Of a DNA stretch of 64,000 nucleotides, positions 42,701-54,264 are shown piece after piece. A program made the translations under genes and the position numbers. The stretch covers positions 1,728,001 through 1,792,000 of the forward strand of contig CAVWLP010000002.1 in NCBI GenBank assembly GCA_963755915.1, given 5' to 3'. Position 1 is the stretch's first letter; every line of letters starts with the position of its first letter. The notes under the pieces are model-generated. The model was given only the letters and a program-made list of their open reading frames with translations. It searched no databases and was not told the DNA's origin. Source of the DNA: an uncultured Phycisphaerales bacterium (GTDB lineage Bacteria > Planctomycetota > Phycisphaerae > Tepidisphaerales > Tepidisphaeraceae).

Positions 42701-44396
42701 ATGCAACTCGATCGGCTCAACAACCAAGACTGCATTGAAGGAATGTCCCAGATTAAGGAAGGCTCCATCGACCTCGCCTTCGCCGATCCCCCTTTCAACA
42801 TCGGTTACAAATACGACATCTACGAAGACCGCCGCAAGGCTGACGACTATCTCGACTGGACAAAGCAGTGGGGCCAAGCCCTCGTCCGCACCCTCAAACC
42901 GACCGGCACTTTTTGGCTCGCCATCGGCGACGACTTTGCGGCGGAGCTCAAATTGATCTTTCAGAAGGATCTTGGGCTTTTCTGCCGAAGTTGGGTCATT
43001 TGGTATTACACCTTTGGAGTAAACTGCAAGCAAAAATTCAGTCGCAGCCATACCCATCTTTTTCATTTTGTAAAGGATCCCAAAAATTTCACCTTCAATC
43101 GGAATTCCATTTTGGTTCCGTCGGCCCGCCAACTGGTATATTCGGACAAACGGGCAAATGAAAACGGGCGACTGCCAGATGACACTTGGATTCTTCGACC
43201 CCAAGAAGCTACTGGAAGCTTCAAACCGACAGAGGATACCTGGTACATTTCGCGGGTCTGCGGAACCTTCAAGGAGCGGGCTGGCTGGCACGGGTGCCAA
43301 ATGCCGGAGCAATTGCTTGGCCGAATCATAAAGGCGTCCTCGAACGAAGGCGAAACTGTTCTCGATCCGTTTGGCGGGAGCGGAACAACCCTTGCAGTCG
43401 CCAAAAAGCTGGGACGCCGTTTTATTGGATTTGAAGTTTCAAAAAACTACGCGAAGCAGATAGAGTCGCGTTTGAATTCAGCACAATTCGGAAGTCCGCT
43501 TTTAGGTGTATTGCCTCAAAGCGACAATCGCCCCGATCATGCCACCAAACGCGTGCAAAGAATTGCCCCGGCCTCCTCCTCCTCGCCCTCTCGTCAAGTG
43601 CCCAGAAAGTCGGACCTGCAATTTTCTGACGCTGGAATTGTTGAAGCTTTTCGCGTAGTTAGGGATGGCTTTCCGGTGGATCGCGTCATCGCAGACCCCG
43701 AGTTGAATCAGCGGTTTGCCGAGAAGTGCGCAGCTTGGGCTCTCGGGTAACCTCTGCAAATGGAACAACCGGTTGATGTACCTTCGTAAAGCGGGCAAGC
43801 TCAAGGGCTTTTCTCGATCAAGAATCACTACATTTGAATACGAAGAAAGGGAATACGACCGATATCGATTCGCCTGCGAGATCGCAATTCAGCATTTCGA
43901 ACAGGATGATTTGACGCTTGATAGTGTATTATGTGATCCAAATCTTGCTTCAAAGTTTGACGAATTCGTCTTAACGATGATTCCTGATAAGCCAAGCTCT
44001 CTAAAAATTCGTTGGTTTGCGCTGCGAATTCGCAAGAGTGCAACGCCAGATTTCAGAAAATCGGCAGCTCAAACTGAGCGCATACCTATGCCAAAGCCGC
44101 GCCAGAATCCTTTTGAGTTGACGCTTTCTGAGTTGCCAGCCCAGCCTGGCCTCTATTGGCTCTCAGGCAACAAGAAGAACCTATACGTTGGGGAAACTGA
44201 TAATCTGCGTGAGCGCGTTAAAACCCAATTTGGCCATCGCAAATTTGATTTTTGGAAGGTGCCACCGGATCATTTGGAGATATCAATTCGTGCTATCGAT
44301 GCCCCCGCGACAACTCTTCTGCAGAGATATCAATCTCGGTGGATTTCCGAGTGGCAACCGATCGGAAACTATTCGAAATTAGCAGCGGCGGAATGA
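42701..44396 (+). CDS. Beta-class N4C/N6A DNA methyltransferase fused to two ~60-aa repeats and a GIY-YIG-like domain (frameshift near 43729)
   Basis: FADPPFN first, then HGCQMP...LDPFGGSGTT; a repeat unit spans the frameshift; C-terminal PGLYWL...LYVGETDNLRER...PIGN. Confidence 0.8.
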
Positions 44397-45172
44397 ATGA
44401 TACGCCCGTAAAACAAGCCTTCAAATTGGTCCGGGAAAGCCGCTCGCCTGAATATGTCATTTGTGACCCTGTCCTAAACGAGAAATTCCTTACTCAGGCC
44501 CGACGTCTCGGTTTCGATCGAACTGACGCCGAAATCAATACGGAGCTAATCAATCTACGAAAGGCAAATAAGCTCAAGGATTGCCCTACGAGCAATCGGG
44601 AAAAGCCCGACCCCAATCGGAGACGTTATCTGAACGCGGTGTTGAACGGCGCCCGAATGCTCGAGCGGCAATTTGGAAAGAACGTGGATAATATCATCTG
44701 CGATCCGGTGGCTCGTGCGCAATTCGACGCTTTGATCCAATTTTTGAGTCCTGGAGCATCGAAATTTGAGACCCAATACGCGGCTTTAAGCCTGCGCAAG
44801 TCGAGACGATTACGCCCAGAGCCTATTGGGCAAATCGTTCGTGCTGTTGCGAGTAACTTCGTCAATCTCGTGGAACTGGAACGGCGTATCAATCAGGTAC
44901 CGGATCACCCCGGAGTCTACATGTTCTTTGACGACCAAGTAACTTTGTATGTCGGGAAAGCAGATAGCCTTCGAAAAAGAATAAAGAAACACGTCTCGAC
45001 CTGGTCATACCGCGATATCATCAGTCGGATTCGTGACGGTCTGCAAGCAAACGCGTTCGTCGCCTATCACGAATTGCCCGTTACAATATCGAATTTGGAG
45101 CTTGCCGCTTACGAAACCGAGCTTATTCGCTCAAGAAAACCCGAACATAACCGCGCTGGTCGGATGACGTGA
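44393..45172 (+). CDS. GIY-YIG nuclease with two N-terminal ~60-aa repeats
   Basis: ATGA overlap with the upstream stop; PGVYMF...LYVGKADSLRKRIKKH...YETELI...PEHN. Confidence 0.88.
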   Translation: MNDTPVKQAFKLVRESRSPEYVICDPVLNEKFLTQARRLGFDRTDAEINTELINLRKANKLKDCPTSNREKPDPNRRRYLNAVLNGARMLERQFGKNVDNIICDPVARAQFDALIQFLSPGASKFETQYAALSLRKSRRLRPEPIGQIVRAVASNFVNLVELERRINQVPDHPGVYMFFDDQVTLYVGKADSLRKRIKKHVSTWSYRDIISRIRDGLQANAFVAYHELPVTISNLELAAYETELIRSRKPEHNRAGRMT

Positions 45173-45537
45173 CAATGAGCAAGAGCATTGCCAAGAAGTC
45201 ACTTGAAATGACAAGCCTTTTCGAGGCGGAGGTGCTCGTCCAACTAATGCTCAAAAATTGGGGACATCCAAGCGCTGCTGAGCCTGACTACGCTAACAAT
45301 GTACTCGAAAATGCCGCCGAGGCCCTTCGCGAGGCCATAAGCGGTGCCACCCTCATCGAGGGTGTCCCCCCAGCACAGATGAATCTGATCGCCGCCGTCT
45401 GGTATGTTGAAGATTCCGCGGCAAGCCACGAAGGTTTCGGTGCCGAGGAAATGACCGCAAGACGCAATTGGCTCTCCGCCGTACGCCGCGCCTTACCCTC
45501 ATGTTTTTGCGACCAGTCCGATCTTCAGGAACCCTGA
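45169..45537 (+). CDS. Small hypothetical helical protein, third gene of the island
   Basis: GTGA overlap with the GIY-YIG stop (alternative ATG at 45175); 122-aa ORF, same composition as the island. Confidence 0.7.
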   Translation: MTMSKSIAKKSLEMTSLFEAEVLVQLMLKNWGHPSAAEPDYANNVLENAAEALREAISGATLIEGVPPAQMNLIAAVWYVEDSAASHEGFGAEEMTARRNWLSAVRRALPSCFCDQSDLQEP

Positions 45538-45541
45538 CACC

Positions 45542-46345
45542 ATGCCCCCACCCACCGTCCAGCAAACCCGCGACCTCTGGGATCGCATCGCCCCATGGTG
45601 GGACCAGCAGCTCGCCGAAGGAAATGACTTCCAGAAAACCCTCATCATGCCCGCCACCGATCGCCTCCTCGCCCCCAAACCCGGCCAATCCATCCTCGAC
45701 ATCGCCTGCGGCAACGGAAACTATTCCCGCACCCTCGCCCGCAAAGGCGTCAACGTCGTCGCCTCCGACTACTCCCAGAAATTCCTCGACTGCGCCCGCG
45801 CCCGCACCACCCCCCAGGACGGCCAAATCGAATACCTCAACATCGACGCCACCAACATGGCCCAGCTCCTCGCCCTCGGCGTCGATCGCTTCGACGCCGC
45901 CGTCTGCAGCATGGCCATGATGGACATGGTCGCCATCGACCCCATGATGGACGCCCTCCGCGAAATCCTCAAACCGACAGCCCGCTTCGTCTTCTCGCTC
46001 CCCCACCCCTGCTTCAGCTCCAACGACATGAACTTCACCGCCGACCTCGAAATCCGCGGCGAAAAAATCGAGCAAACCTACGGCATAGAAATCCGCAAAT
46101 ACCTCACCCAGGAATCCGGCCGCAGTGTCGGCCTCCTCAACCAGCCCGAGCCCCACTATTTCTTCCACCGCCCCCTAAGCGCCATTTTCGCCGCCTGCTT
46201 CTCCGCCGGCTTCGTCATCGACGGCGTAGAAGAACCCGCCTTCCCCAAATCTTCCTTCGCCAAAAACGCCTTCAGTTGGCCCAAGCGCCCCGAAATTCCT
46301 CCCGCCATCGTCCTCCGCGCCGTCCCCAAACCCGAATGCGACTGA
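45542..46345 (+). CDS. Class I SAM-dependent methyltransferase
   Basis: ILDIACGNG, FDAAVCSMAMMD, FSLPHPCF, FHRPLS. Confidence 0.92.
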   Translation: MPPPTVQQTRDLWDRIAPWWDQQLAEGNDFQKTLIMPATDRLLAPKPGQSILDIACGNGNYSRTLARKGVNVVASDYSQKFLDCARARTTPQDGQIEYLNIDATNMAQLLALGVDRFDAAVCSMAMMDMVAIDPMMDALREILKPTARFVFSLPHPCFSSNDMNFTADLEIRGEKIEQTYGIEIRKYLTQESGRSVGLLNQPEPHYFFHRPLSAIFAACFSAGFVIDGVEEPAFPKSSFAKNAFSWPKRPEIPPAIVLRAVPKPECD

Positions 46346-46355
46346 CCCTCCCCGT

Positions 46356-46378
46356 GTAGCCGCCCCGCTTGCGGGGCG
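46356..46378. repeat. GTAG-headed REP-like hairpin (family B)
   Basis: gtag-ccgccccgc-tt-gcggggcg. Confidence 0.75.
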
Positions 46379-46407
46379 CTTTATTCTCTTCAACTGCGCA
46401 CCAATCC

Positions 46408-48535
<2,128 letters not shown>

Positions 48536-48600
48536 GCCGTGGAGATTTCCATTGAGCCCCGCGCGCTGCGCCTTATTCTTCTTTGTATTTCCCCCTATTT

Positions 48601-48641
48601 CCCCCTCGCCCGGTACTCCGGGAGAGGGTCGGGGTGAGGGC
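48601..48641. repeat. REP-like palindrome family A
   Basis: ccccctcgcccggtactccgggagagggtcggggtgagggc; one mismatch to the 24228 copy. Confidence 0.88.
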
Positions 48642-48670
48642 TAAAAAAAAATTCAAATAGCCAACTTAAA

Positions 48671-49670
48671 CTAATCCCTCTCAAAAAAATCCCTCACCAA
48701 ATCCGCATCTTCATCCGGCACCCTCCCCACAGAAGAGATCGTCTTCTGCGAATCCCCCGCCCAACTGCCCGAATTCCAACCCGCAACCTCCGTCTTCCCC
48801 GAAATCCCCATCGCCAAAGTCGATCCATTCTCCCCCCTCAGTGTCGCATGCAAATCCGATTCCCCCATTCCCGCCCCCGCGCCTCCCGCATGTGCCGATT
48901 GTTCACCGATACCCCGAATCTCCTGTCGCGCCCCCAAACCACCCTTCGTCTCCGCCTTCCCGCCTCCCACAGAAGCATTCATGCCCCCCGCATGCGAAGC
49001 CTCATCTCCCGCCAATCCCAACCCCGCATCCGACTCCTCTTCCCGATCCTGCTCAGCCCCCCGATTCGATGAATCCACACCCCCCGCCCCCGGCGGCCGC
49101 GCCTCCCCCAAATCACTTATTCCTTGCCCCACCGAAGCCCCAAACTCCCGCACGGTTCCCGCCAGCGCCAAACGTGCCCCGGCGTTCCCCGCATTATCCC
49201 CTCGACCTCCAAACATCCCCAGCGTGATCAGCAACCCCGCCAGAACGCCCACCCCAGCCCAGCCCCGCGCGCCCACCCGCTTCACCTTCACATCCGACGC
49301 CCGGGCCCACTTGCACCGCTGCTCCGCATAGTTCAGCAGCGCATCGCCCCACCCCGATTTCCCGCCAACTCCCAGTGATTCGATGGTCCCCAGAAGATCA
49401 TCCAGCCCAAGCTGCCGATCCGCCTCCACGGCCGCCTCCAGCCGCGTCGGCAGCCGGGTCACTCCCCAGACAATTCCGCACACCAACCCAATCGCCGGCA
49501 TTCCCCACGCAAGCTGCATCCCCGATTCCCCGCACCACCACGCGATCGGCATCAGCACCACACCCAACCCCGCGCCAGCTCCAAGTCGCAATTGCCAATG
49601 ATTCCAATCCTCGCGCAACCGCGATGCGCCGTCTCACCGCCCCCACAAATTTTCCTGCAGACCAATCCAC
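48671..49670 (-). CDS. Hypothetical membrane protein with Gly-rich tail (frameshift near 49575)
   Basis: AVRRRI.., TM pair, EAAVEADRQLGLDDLLGT, C-terminal VPDEDADLVRDFFERD. Confidence 0.7.
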
Positions 49671-49691
49671 CAGGCTCTCTCCTGAATTTCC

Positions 49692-50342
49692 CTATCCCCG
49701 CCTCCTCAATTCCAACACCGATTCCCTTACGCATTCCAAATGTGGATTGATCTGCAGCGCCTTCTCATAACACTCAATTGCCGCGCTCACTTCGTTGAGA
49801 TGTGCATGACAATGCCCCATCCCCGCCCAAGCTCCAAAATGGCACGGCATCCTTTTTGTCGTCCGCTTGCAGTCCGCAACGCTCCTCTGATAATCCTCGG
49901 ATAAATAATAAGCGATCGCCCTCTGGTTATACGCTTCGGCGAAATCCGGATCGCTCTGTATCGCCCCGCTGAAAAGTTCGATCGCCCTCTTCAAATCCCG
50001 CCGGTCCATCGCCTCCGCCCCCCGGCACACAAGCTGATTCGCCTCCATCGTCTTCCCGCTCCGAAACCAGATCGCCCACAGCGCATGTTCCGCAAGCTCG
50101 TTTATCACCTTGTCCGGATCCTTCAGATGAAACGAAAGCTCCTGCGTACAACACTGCGGCCCCACCAGCGCTAACGCCAGCAGGGCCACTTTCCTCGCAT
50201 CCGTATGCGGCGATCGAAGCAAATCCCTGATCTGCTCCGGATCCCACCTCGTCTTCAGCAGCTCCATCAACCCCGGCAAATCCTTCCGCGCCAAAAGCGG
50301 CTCGACCAGTTCGACGAATTGGCAAGGATCTATTGCGGTCAC
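49692..50342 (-). CDS. HEAT/TPR repeat protein
   Basis: AEHALWAIWFRSG, DPDFAEAYNQRAIAYY, HFGAWAGMG, ALQINPH. Confidence 0.9.
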   Translation of the reverse strand: MTAIDPCQFVELVEPLLARKDLPGLMELLKTRWDPEQIRDLLRSPHTDARKVALLALALVGPQCCTQELSFHLKDPDKVINELAEHALWAIWFRSGKTMEANQLVCRGAEAMDRRDLKRAIELFSGAIQSDPDFAEAYNQRAIAYYLSEDYQRSVADCKRTTKRMPCHFGAWAGMGHCHAHLNEVSAAIECYEKALQINPHLECVRESVLELRRRG

Positions 50343-50430
50343 GGTTGTCTACCCACCATTGGGTTATGTTATGCCCGTCAGACAGGTGGCTTCCAGTTAT
50401 ATCCCGGCAGCCTCTAACTCTTTTAACAGC

Positions 50431-50643
50431 CTATGGATGGCCCGGCTTCTCAAAAACGCTTCCCGTATCCGAGCTCTTTTCCTGCTGGGCCTGGATCGCC
50501 TGGGCGCTATAGGGGTCGGCATACAAGGCCTCCCGTTGCGAAAGAGGCATATCCAGAGGCTTGGGAGTGTAGCCCGTATCCAGTGCCGATGTCCCACATC
50601 CCAGTAGGAAAAGCGGAAGAATTATCCACAAGCCGTGCCGCAT
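50431..50643 (-). CDS. Small putative lipoprotein
   Basis: MRHGLWIILPLFLLGC lipobox-type signal, 70 aa. Confidence 0.65.
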   Translation of the reverse strand: MRHGLWIILPLFLLGCGTSALDTGYTPKPLDMPLSQREALYADPYSAQAIQAQQEKSSDTGSVFEKPGHP

Positions 50644-50737
50644 ATTCCACTTCAAATTCCCACCATATGCCGACGCCCACTTGATGTAAAGCCGACCGTA
50701 ACCGGATAAAATCCTCCTCCTTCGGCGGAGACACCCC

Positions 50738-51502
50738 ATGCCCCAAAACACCCAATTCCCTTCCCGCAAAACCAACGCCCCCGCCCCCGGCGACCTCATG
50801 GGCTCCGGCTCCGGAATCCCCTGGGAAGACCGCGGCTCCTTGGGCTTCTTCGGCGCCTTCTTCGGCACCGCCTTCGGCATCATGTTCAAACCCCTCGCCA
50901 CCCTCGCCAAAATGCGCCGTCCCGAAACTTCCACCGACGCGAAAATCTACGCCTATGCCATCGGCGTCATCTGGTTCTTTGCCGCCCTCATCCAGTCCGC
51001 CTTTGCCTACTACATCTTTTACGTCAATGACCACACCCTCGAAATTGACGGCCAGCAATACCTCATCAACTCCCTCCTCGAAGCCGCCCTTGCCGGCGTC
51101 GCCGGCGCCCTCCTTCCCCGCCTGATCGCCTGGATGTTCTTCCGCCTCACCTCCTTCGACATGACCAGCAACACGCCCCCCGTCCTCATATACAACACCA
51201 TCGCTTATCTCATGAGCCCCAGCCTCCTCGCCCTCATCCCCGGCGGCATCAGACCCTGGCTCGACATCGCCCCCTGCGTCGCCGGCATCTGGATGTTCAT
51301 CCTCCTCCTCATCGCCGCCATCGGCCGCCTCCGCATTCGCGTCGGAGCCGCCATCATCGGCTCCATCCTCACTTTCCTCGCTTCCGCCGGCCTGGTCATC
51401 GGCGGTATCTTCCTCATCCAGGTCCTATGGTGCACTCTCCTCAACAAATCCTCCCTCAACCCGATCGCCCCCGTCCCCAACGGCCGAAACCAGATGCAGT
51501 AG
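50738..51502 (+). CDS. Yip1-like membrane protein
   Basis: IPWEDRGSLGFFGAFFGT...KP, about 5 TM segments; ggag SD. Confidence 0.75.
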   Translation: MPQNTQFPSRKTNAPAPGDLMGSGSGIPWEDRGSLGFFGAFFGTAFGIMFKPLATLAKMRRPETSTDAKIYAYAIGVIWFFAALIQSAFAYYIFYVNDHTLEIDGQQYLINSLLEAALAGVAGALLPRLIAWMFFRLTSFDMTSNTPPVLIYNTIAYLMSPSLLALIPGGIRPWLDIAPCVAGIWMFILLLIAAIGRLRIRVGAAIIGSILTFLASAGLVIGGIFLIQVLWCTLLNKSSLNPIAPVPNGRNQMQ

Positions 51503-52185
51503 CCCAGACTCGAACTCGCCTGCTGGCGCGAATCCACCGCCACTTCCAGACCATCACCGAGCCGATCGCCGTCGGCAGCATTTCGATTCCCTTCACGCGC
51601 ATCGCCAACCCCAATCGCGTGCTCGATGAAATCTGCGCCGAAGAAGACCGCCGCGAAAAACAAACCGGCGTACGCCTCGAAAATCCGCCGCATCTCCCGT
51701 ACTGGGCCGAGCTCTGGGAAAGCTCCCGCGCCCTCGCCTCTGCCCTCTCCCAAATGGACCTGAAAAATTCCCGCGTCCTCGACCTGGGCTGTGGCATGGG
51801 CCTAGCCGGCGCCGCCGCCGCCTCGATGGGCGCCGATGTCACCCTCGTCGATCTCGAATCCCCCGCCCTCCTCTTCGCCCGTCTCAACACCCTCCCCCAA
51901 GCCTGCAAAGTCCGCCGCGTCAATTGGCAAACCGACGACCTAAACCAGCGCTTCGACTTCATCCTCGGCGCCGACATCGTCTACGAAAAAGCCCAGTGGC
52001 TCTTCCTCGAAGAATTCTGGAAACGCCACCTCACCCCCTCCGGCTCCATCCTCCTCGCCGAACCCCACCGCCAATCCGGAGACCATTTCATCGATTGGAT
52101 CCAAACCAGGCACTGGAAAATCGACCAAACCGCCCAGATCGCCAAAGTCCGCATCCTCCGCATCGCATCCTCTCCCTCCGTTTAG
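51427..52185 (+). CDS. METTL21/Methyltransf_16-like protein methyltransferase (start uncertain)
   Basis: PYWAELWES, VLDLGCGMG, FDFILGADIVYE, LLAEPHR. Confidence 0.85.
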   Translation: MVHSPQQILPQPDRPRPQRPKPDAVAQTRTRLLARIHRHFQTITEPIAVGSISIPFTRIANPNRVLDEICAEEDRREKQTGVRLENPPHLPYWAELWESSRALASALSQMDLKNSRVLDLGCGMGLAGAAAASMGADVTLVDLESPALLFARLNTLPQACKVRRVNWQTDDLNQRFDFILGADIVYEKAQWLFLEEFWKRHLTPSGSILLAEPHRQSGDHFIDWIQTRHWKIDQTAQIAKVRILRIASSPSV

Positions 52186-52217
52186 GAGCGTTCCCCTCTA
52201 CTTTCTACGCTCCACCC

Positions 52218-52751
52218 TCAACTCTCTCGCGCAGCCTCCCTCACCCACGCCTCCGTCTGCTTCGGAGAACAAAGCCTCACCCTCCGCGCATGCCCGCAAG
52301 CTTCAGATCGCATAATTTTCGGATACTCCCGTCGATATTTCCTCCACGACTCCAGCGACCAGAGCAAAATCGACTCCTTGGAACAGAACGTCAGCCACCA
52401 GCTCTCCGTATTCCCCGCCCAAAGCGCTTTGCGCGTGTGGGCCCGTCGAATGCTTCGCTCCAGCACGCGCCACATCACCACGCCGAGCGGATAATCAAGC
52501 CAGACAATCGTGTCTGCCCGTGGCCAGATGGTTTGACGAAGCGGAGAATAATTCCCGTCCACGATCCACCTCTCTCCAGAAACCGCCTCCCTCACCCGCC
52601 CCAGCCGCACATCCCTCGGCACCTCCGTCCAGTTCGCCCCCCAGTGCAGCGCATCCAGCTCCACATGCGGTATCCCCAGCTTCCCCGAAAGCGCCCGCGC
52701 CAGCGTCGTTTTCCCGCACCCGCTCGCCCCGAGAATAACAATGCGCTGCAT
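52218..52751 (-). CDS. Adenylate kinase-like P-loop protein (FlaR/topology modulation type)
   Basis: RIVILGASGCGKTT, ELDALHW, WIVDGNY, ADTIVWLD. Confidence 0.9.
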   Translation of the reverse strand: MQRIVILGASGCGKTTLARALSGKLGIPHVELDALHWGANWTEVPRDVRLGRVREAVSGERWIVDGNYSPLRQTIWPRADTIVWLDYPLGVVMWRVLERSIRRAHTRKALWAGNTESWWLTFCSKESILLWSLESWRKYRREYPKIMRSEACGHARRVRLCSPKQTEAWVREAARES

Positions 52752-52808
52752 GGCGCGGATTATGATACATTCGCCCCCACAAACTCACCCCATTTTCCCC
52801 CTCCCCGT

Positions 52809-52831
52809 GTAGCCGCCGTGCTTGCACGGCG
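52809..52831. repeat. GTAG-headed REP-like hairpin (family B)
   Basis: gtag-ccgccgtgc-tt-gcacggcg. Confidence 0.75.
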
Positions 52832-52911
52832 CTTTCCCGCCCAACACCTCAAGACCTACCCACCAACCCAAAAATTATTTCAAAAAAATCCGCGCCCCCA
52901 TTCCAAAATAG

Positions 52912-52943
52912 GTCCAAAACGTACACCTCTGGCGCATATATAT
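52912..52943 (+). promoter_or_regulatory. GTCC-N19-CATATATAT motif, possible ECF sigma promoter (copy 2)
   Basis: Matches 10039-10070 in boxes and spacing. Confidence 0.4.
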
Positions 52944-53268
52944 AGAGAGACCCTCAAACACGATGAATCAACCTGCCAAACATCCCGCCCACCCCTCGCA
53001 ATTCCCTCTGACGCCCGATCCCGGCGCCCCCAAAACCCCAACCGAAAACCCTTCCCCCTCTCCTTTCCCAGGCAAAAACCCCCCGTCGCAATTCCCGAAA
53101 AAACACGTACACCCCCTGGCCCTGCCCCTAAAATTCTCCACTTCTGTCAACGGTAACGAAACCCCCCGCCACGACCCGGAATCGAAGTGTTCGCCCTCAC
53201 TAACTTCGATTCAATTCCGCATCACTCCATATGATGTCGCAATCACGGAAGCAGCCCACACCCGGGCT

Positions 53269-54264
53269 CTACCCCCTCGCCTTAAGCTCCAGCACCGCCG
53301 TAGCCGCCGCGACTCGCACATTCGGATCCGGATCATCCAGCATCGGCCGCAGATATTTCTGCAAATCCGGCCGCCCGATCGCCCCCATGGCCAATGCCGC
53401 CATGCAGCGATGCCGCGGGTTTTTGCTCTCGCGGGCCGGGACCGCCACGTTCCAACCCTCGTCCGATCCGAGCATCCCAACCCCCCGCGCCGCCGCAAGC
53501 CGCACTTCCAGGTAATCGCCCGTCAGTTGTGCCCGAACGTGCTGGATCACCCGCTGGTCCCCTGTTTCCGCAAGTGCCCGCAAAGCGATGATCTGTTCGT
53601 CGGGATACATGCTGATGGAGTAGGCGACCAGGTGTTCCAACCCCTGCTCGTTCCCCAGCCGCCACAGCGCCTCGGCCGCCTGCACGCGAACCGAAGGCGC
53701 CGGATCGACCAGCAGCATCAACAGCATCTGCGTCGCGCTCGGCTCGCCAAGCTGGCCGAGCACCAATGCGGTTGTTCCACGTAGCGATGGGTCGGAACTC
53801 TGCGCGAATTGCTCAAGCTGCTTGGTCAGCCGCGTGTCCCCGAGCATGTGCAGCCCATACCTGACCCCCGCCTGCACCCGCAGGTCGGGATCATACGCAA
53901 TCTTCCGCAGCGGCTTGTAGGCGTCCACCAGCTTCAGCTTTCCGGCCGCCATCGCAGCCGCAAATCGTACCGGCGGCTGCGGATCGGACAGGCCCGCGAG
54001 GATCGGGCCGGCGGCGTCCGACGGGTCGACGTCGCTCAAAGCTTCAATCGCGTTGGAGCGCAAAAATGTTTCGGGGGAATGCGTTTCAGAAATCAATTCC
54101 TCGCGTGCCCGATCGCGTAAAGCCGGGTCAATCGGCTCCGGCACATACACCGGCGCGGACGGCACCGGCGGCGGCGGCAGAGGAATTTTCGGATCGTTTT
54201 TCGGGCTGGAGTTGCACCCTATAAGTGCCACACTCAGAAACAGGATGATCGCTTTGGTCTTCAT
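53269..54264 (-). CDS. HEAT-repeat lipoprotein
   Basis: Signal ending LIGC; repeated L.D....VR..AA.AL units. Confidence 0.9.
   Translation of the reverse strand: MKTKAIILFLSVALIGCNSSPKNDPKIPLPPPPVPSAPVYVPEPIDPALRDRAREELISETHSPETFLRSNAIEALSDVDPSDAAGPILAGLSDPQPPVRFAAAMAAGKLKLVDAYKPLRKIAYDPDLRVQAGVRYGLHMLGDTRLTKQLEQFAQSSDPSLRGTTALVLGQLGEPSATQMLLMLLVDPAPSVRVQAAEALWRLGNEQGLEHLVAYSISMYPDEQIIALRALAETGDQRVIQHVRAQLTGDYLEVRLAAARGVGMLGSDEGWNVAVPARESKNPRHRCMAALAMGAIGRPDLQKYLRPMLDDPDPNVRVAAATAVLELKARG

Noticed and set aside
42655-45541. Prophage or integrative element around the MTase island
   Set aside because: No integrase, phage genes or flanking direct repeats seen
50347-50374. dif site (ttatgttatgc resembles the XerD arm)
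   Set aside because: No XerC arm match, and not at a skew switch
52963-53784. 273-aa Pro-rich ORF
   Set aside because: Composition follows the C-skew and it overlaps the HEAT gene antisense by ~500 bp
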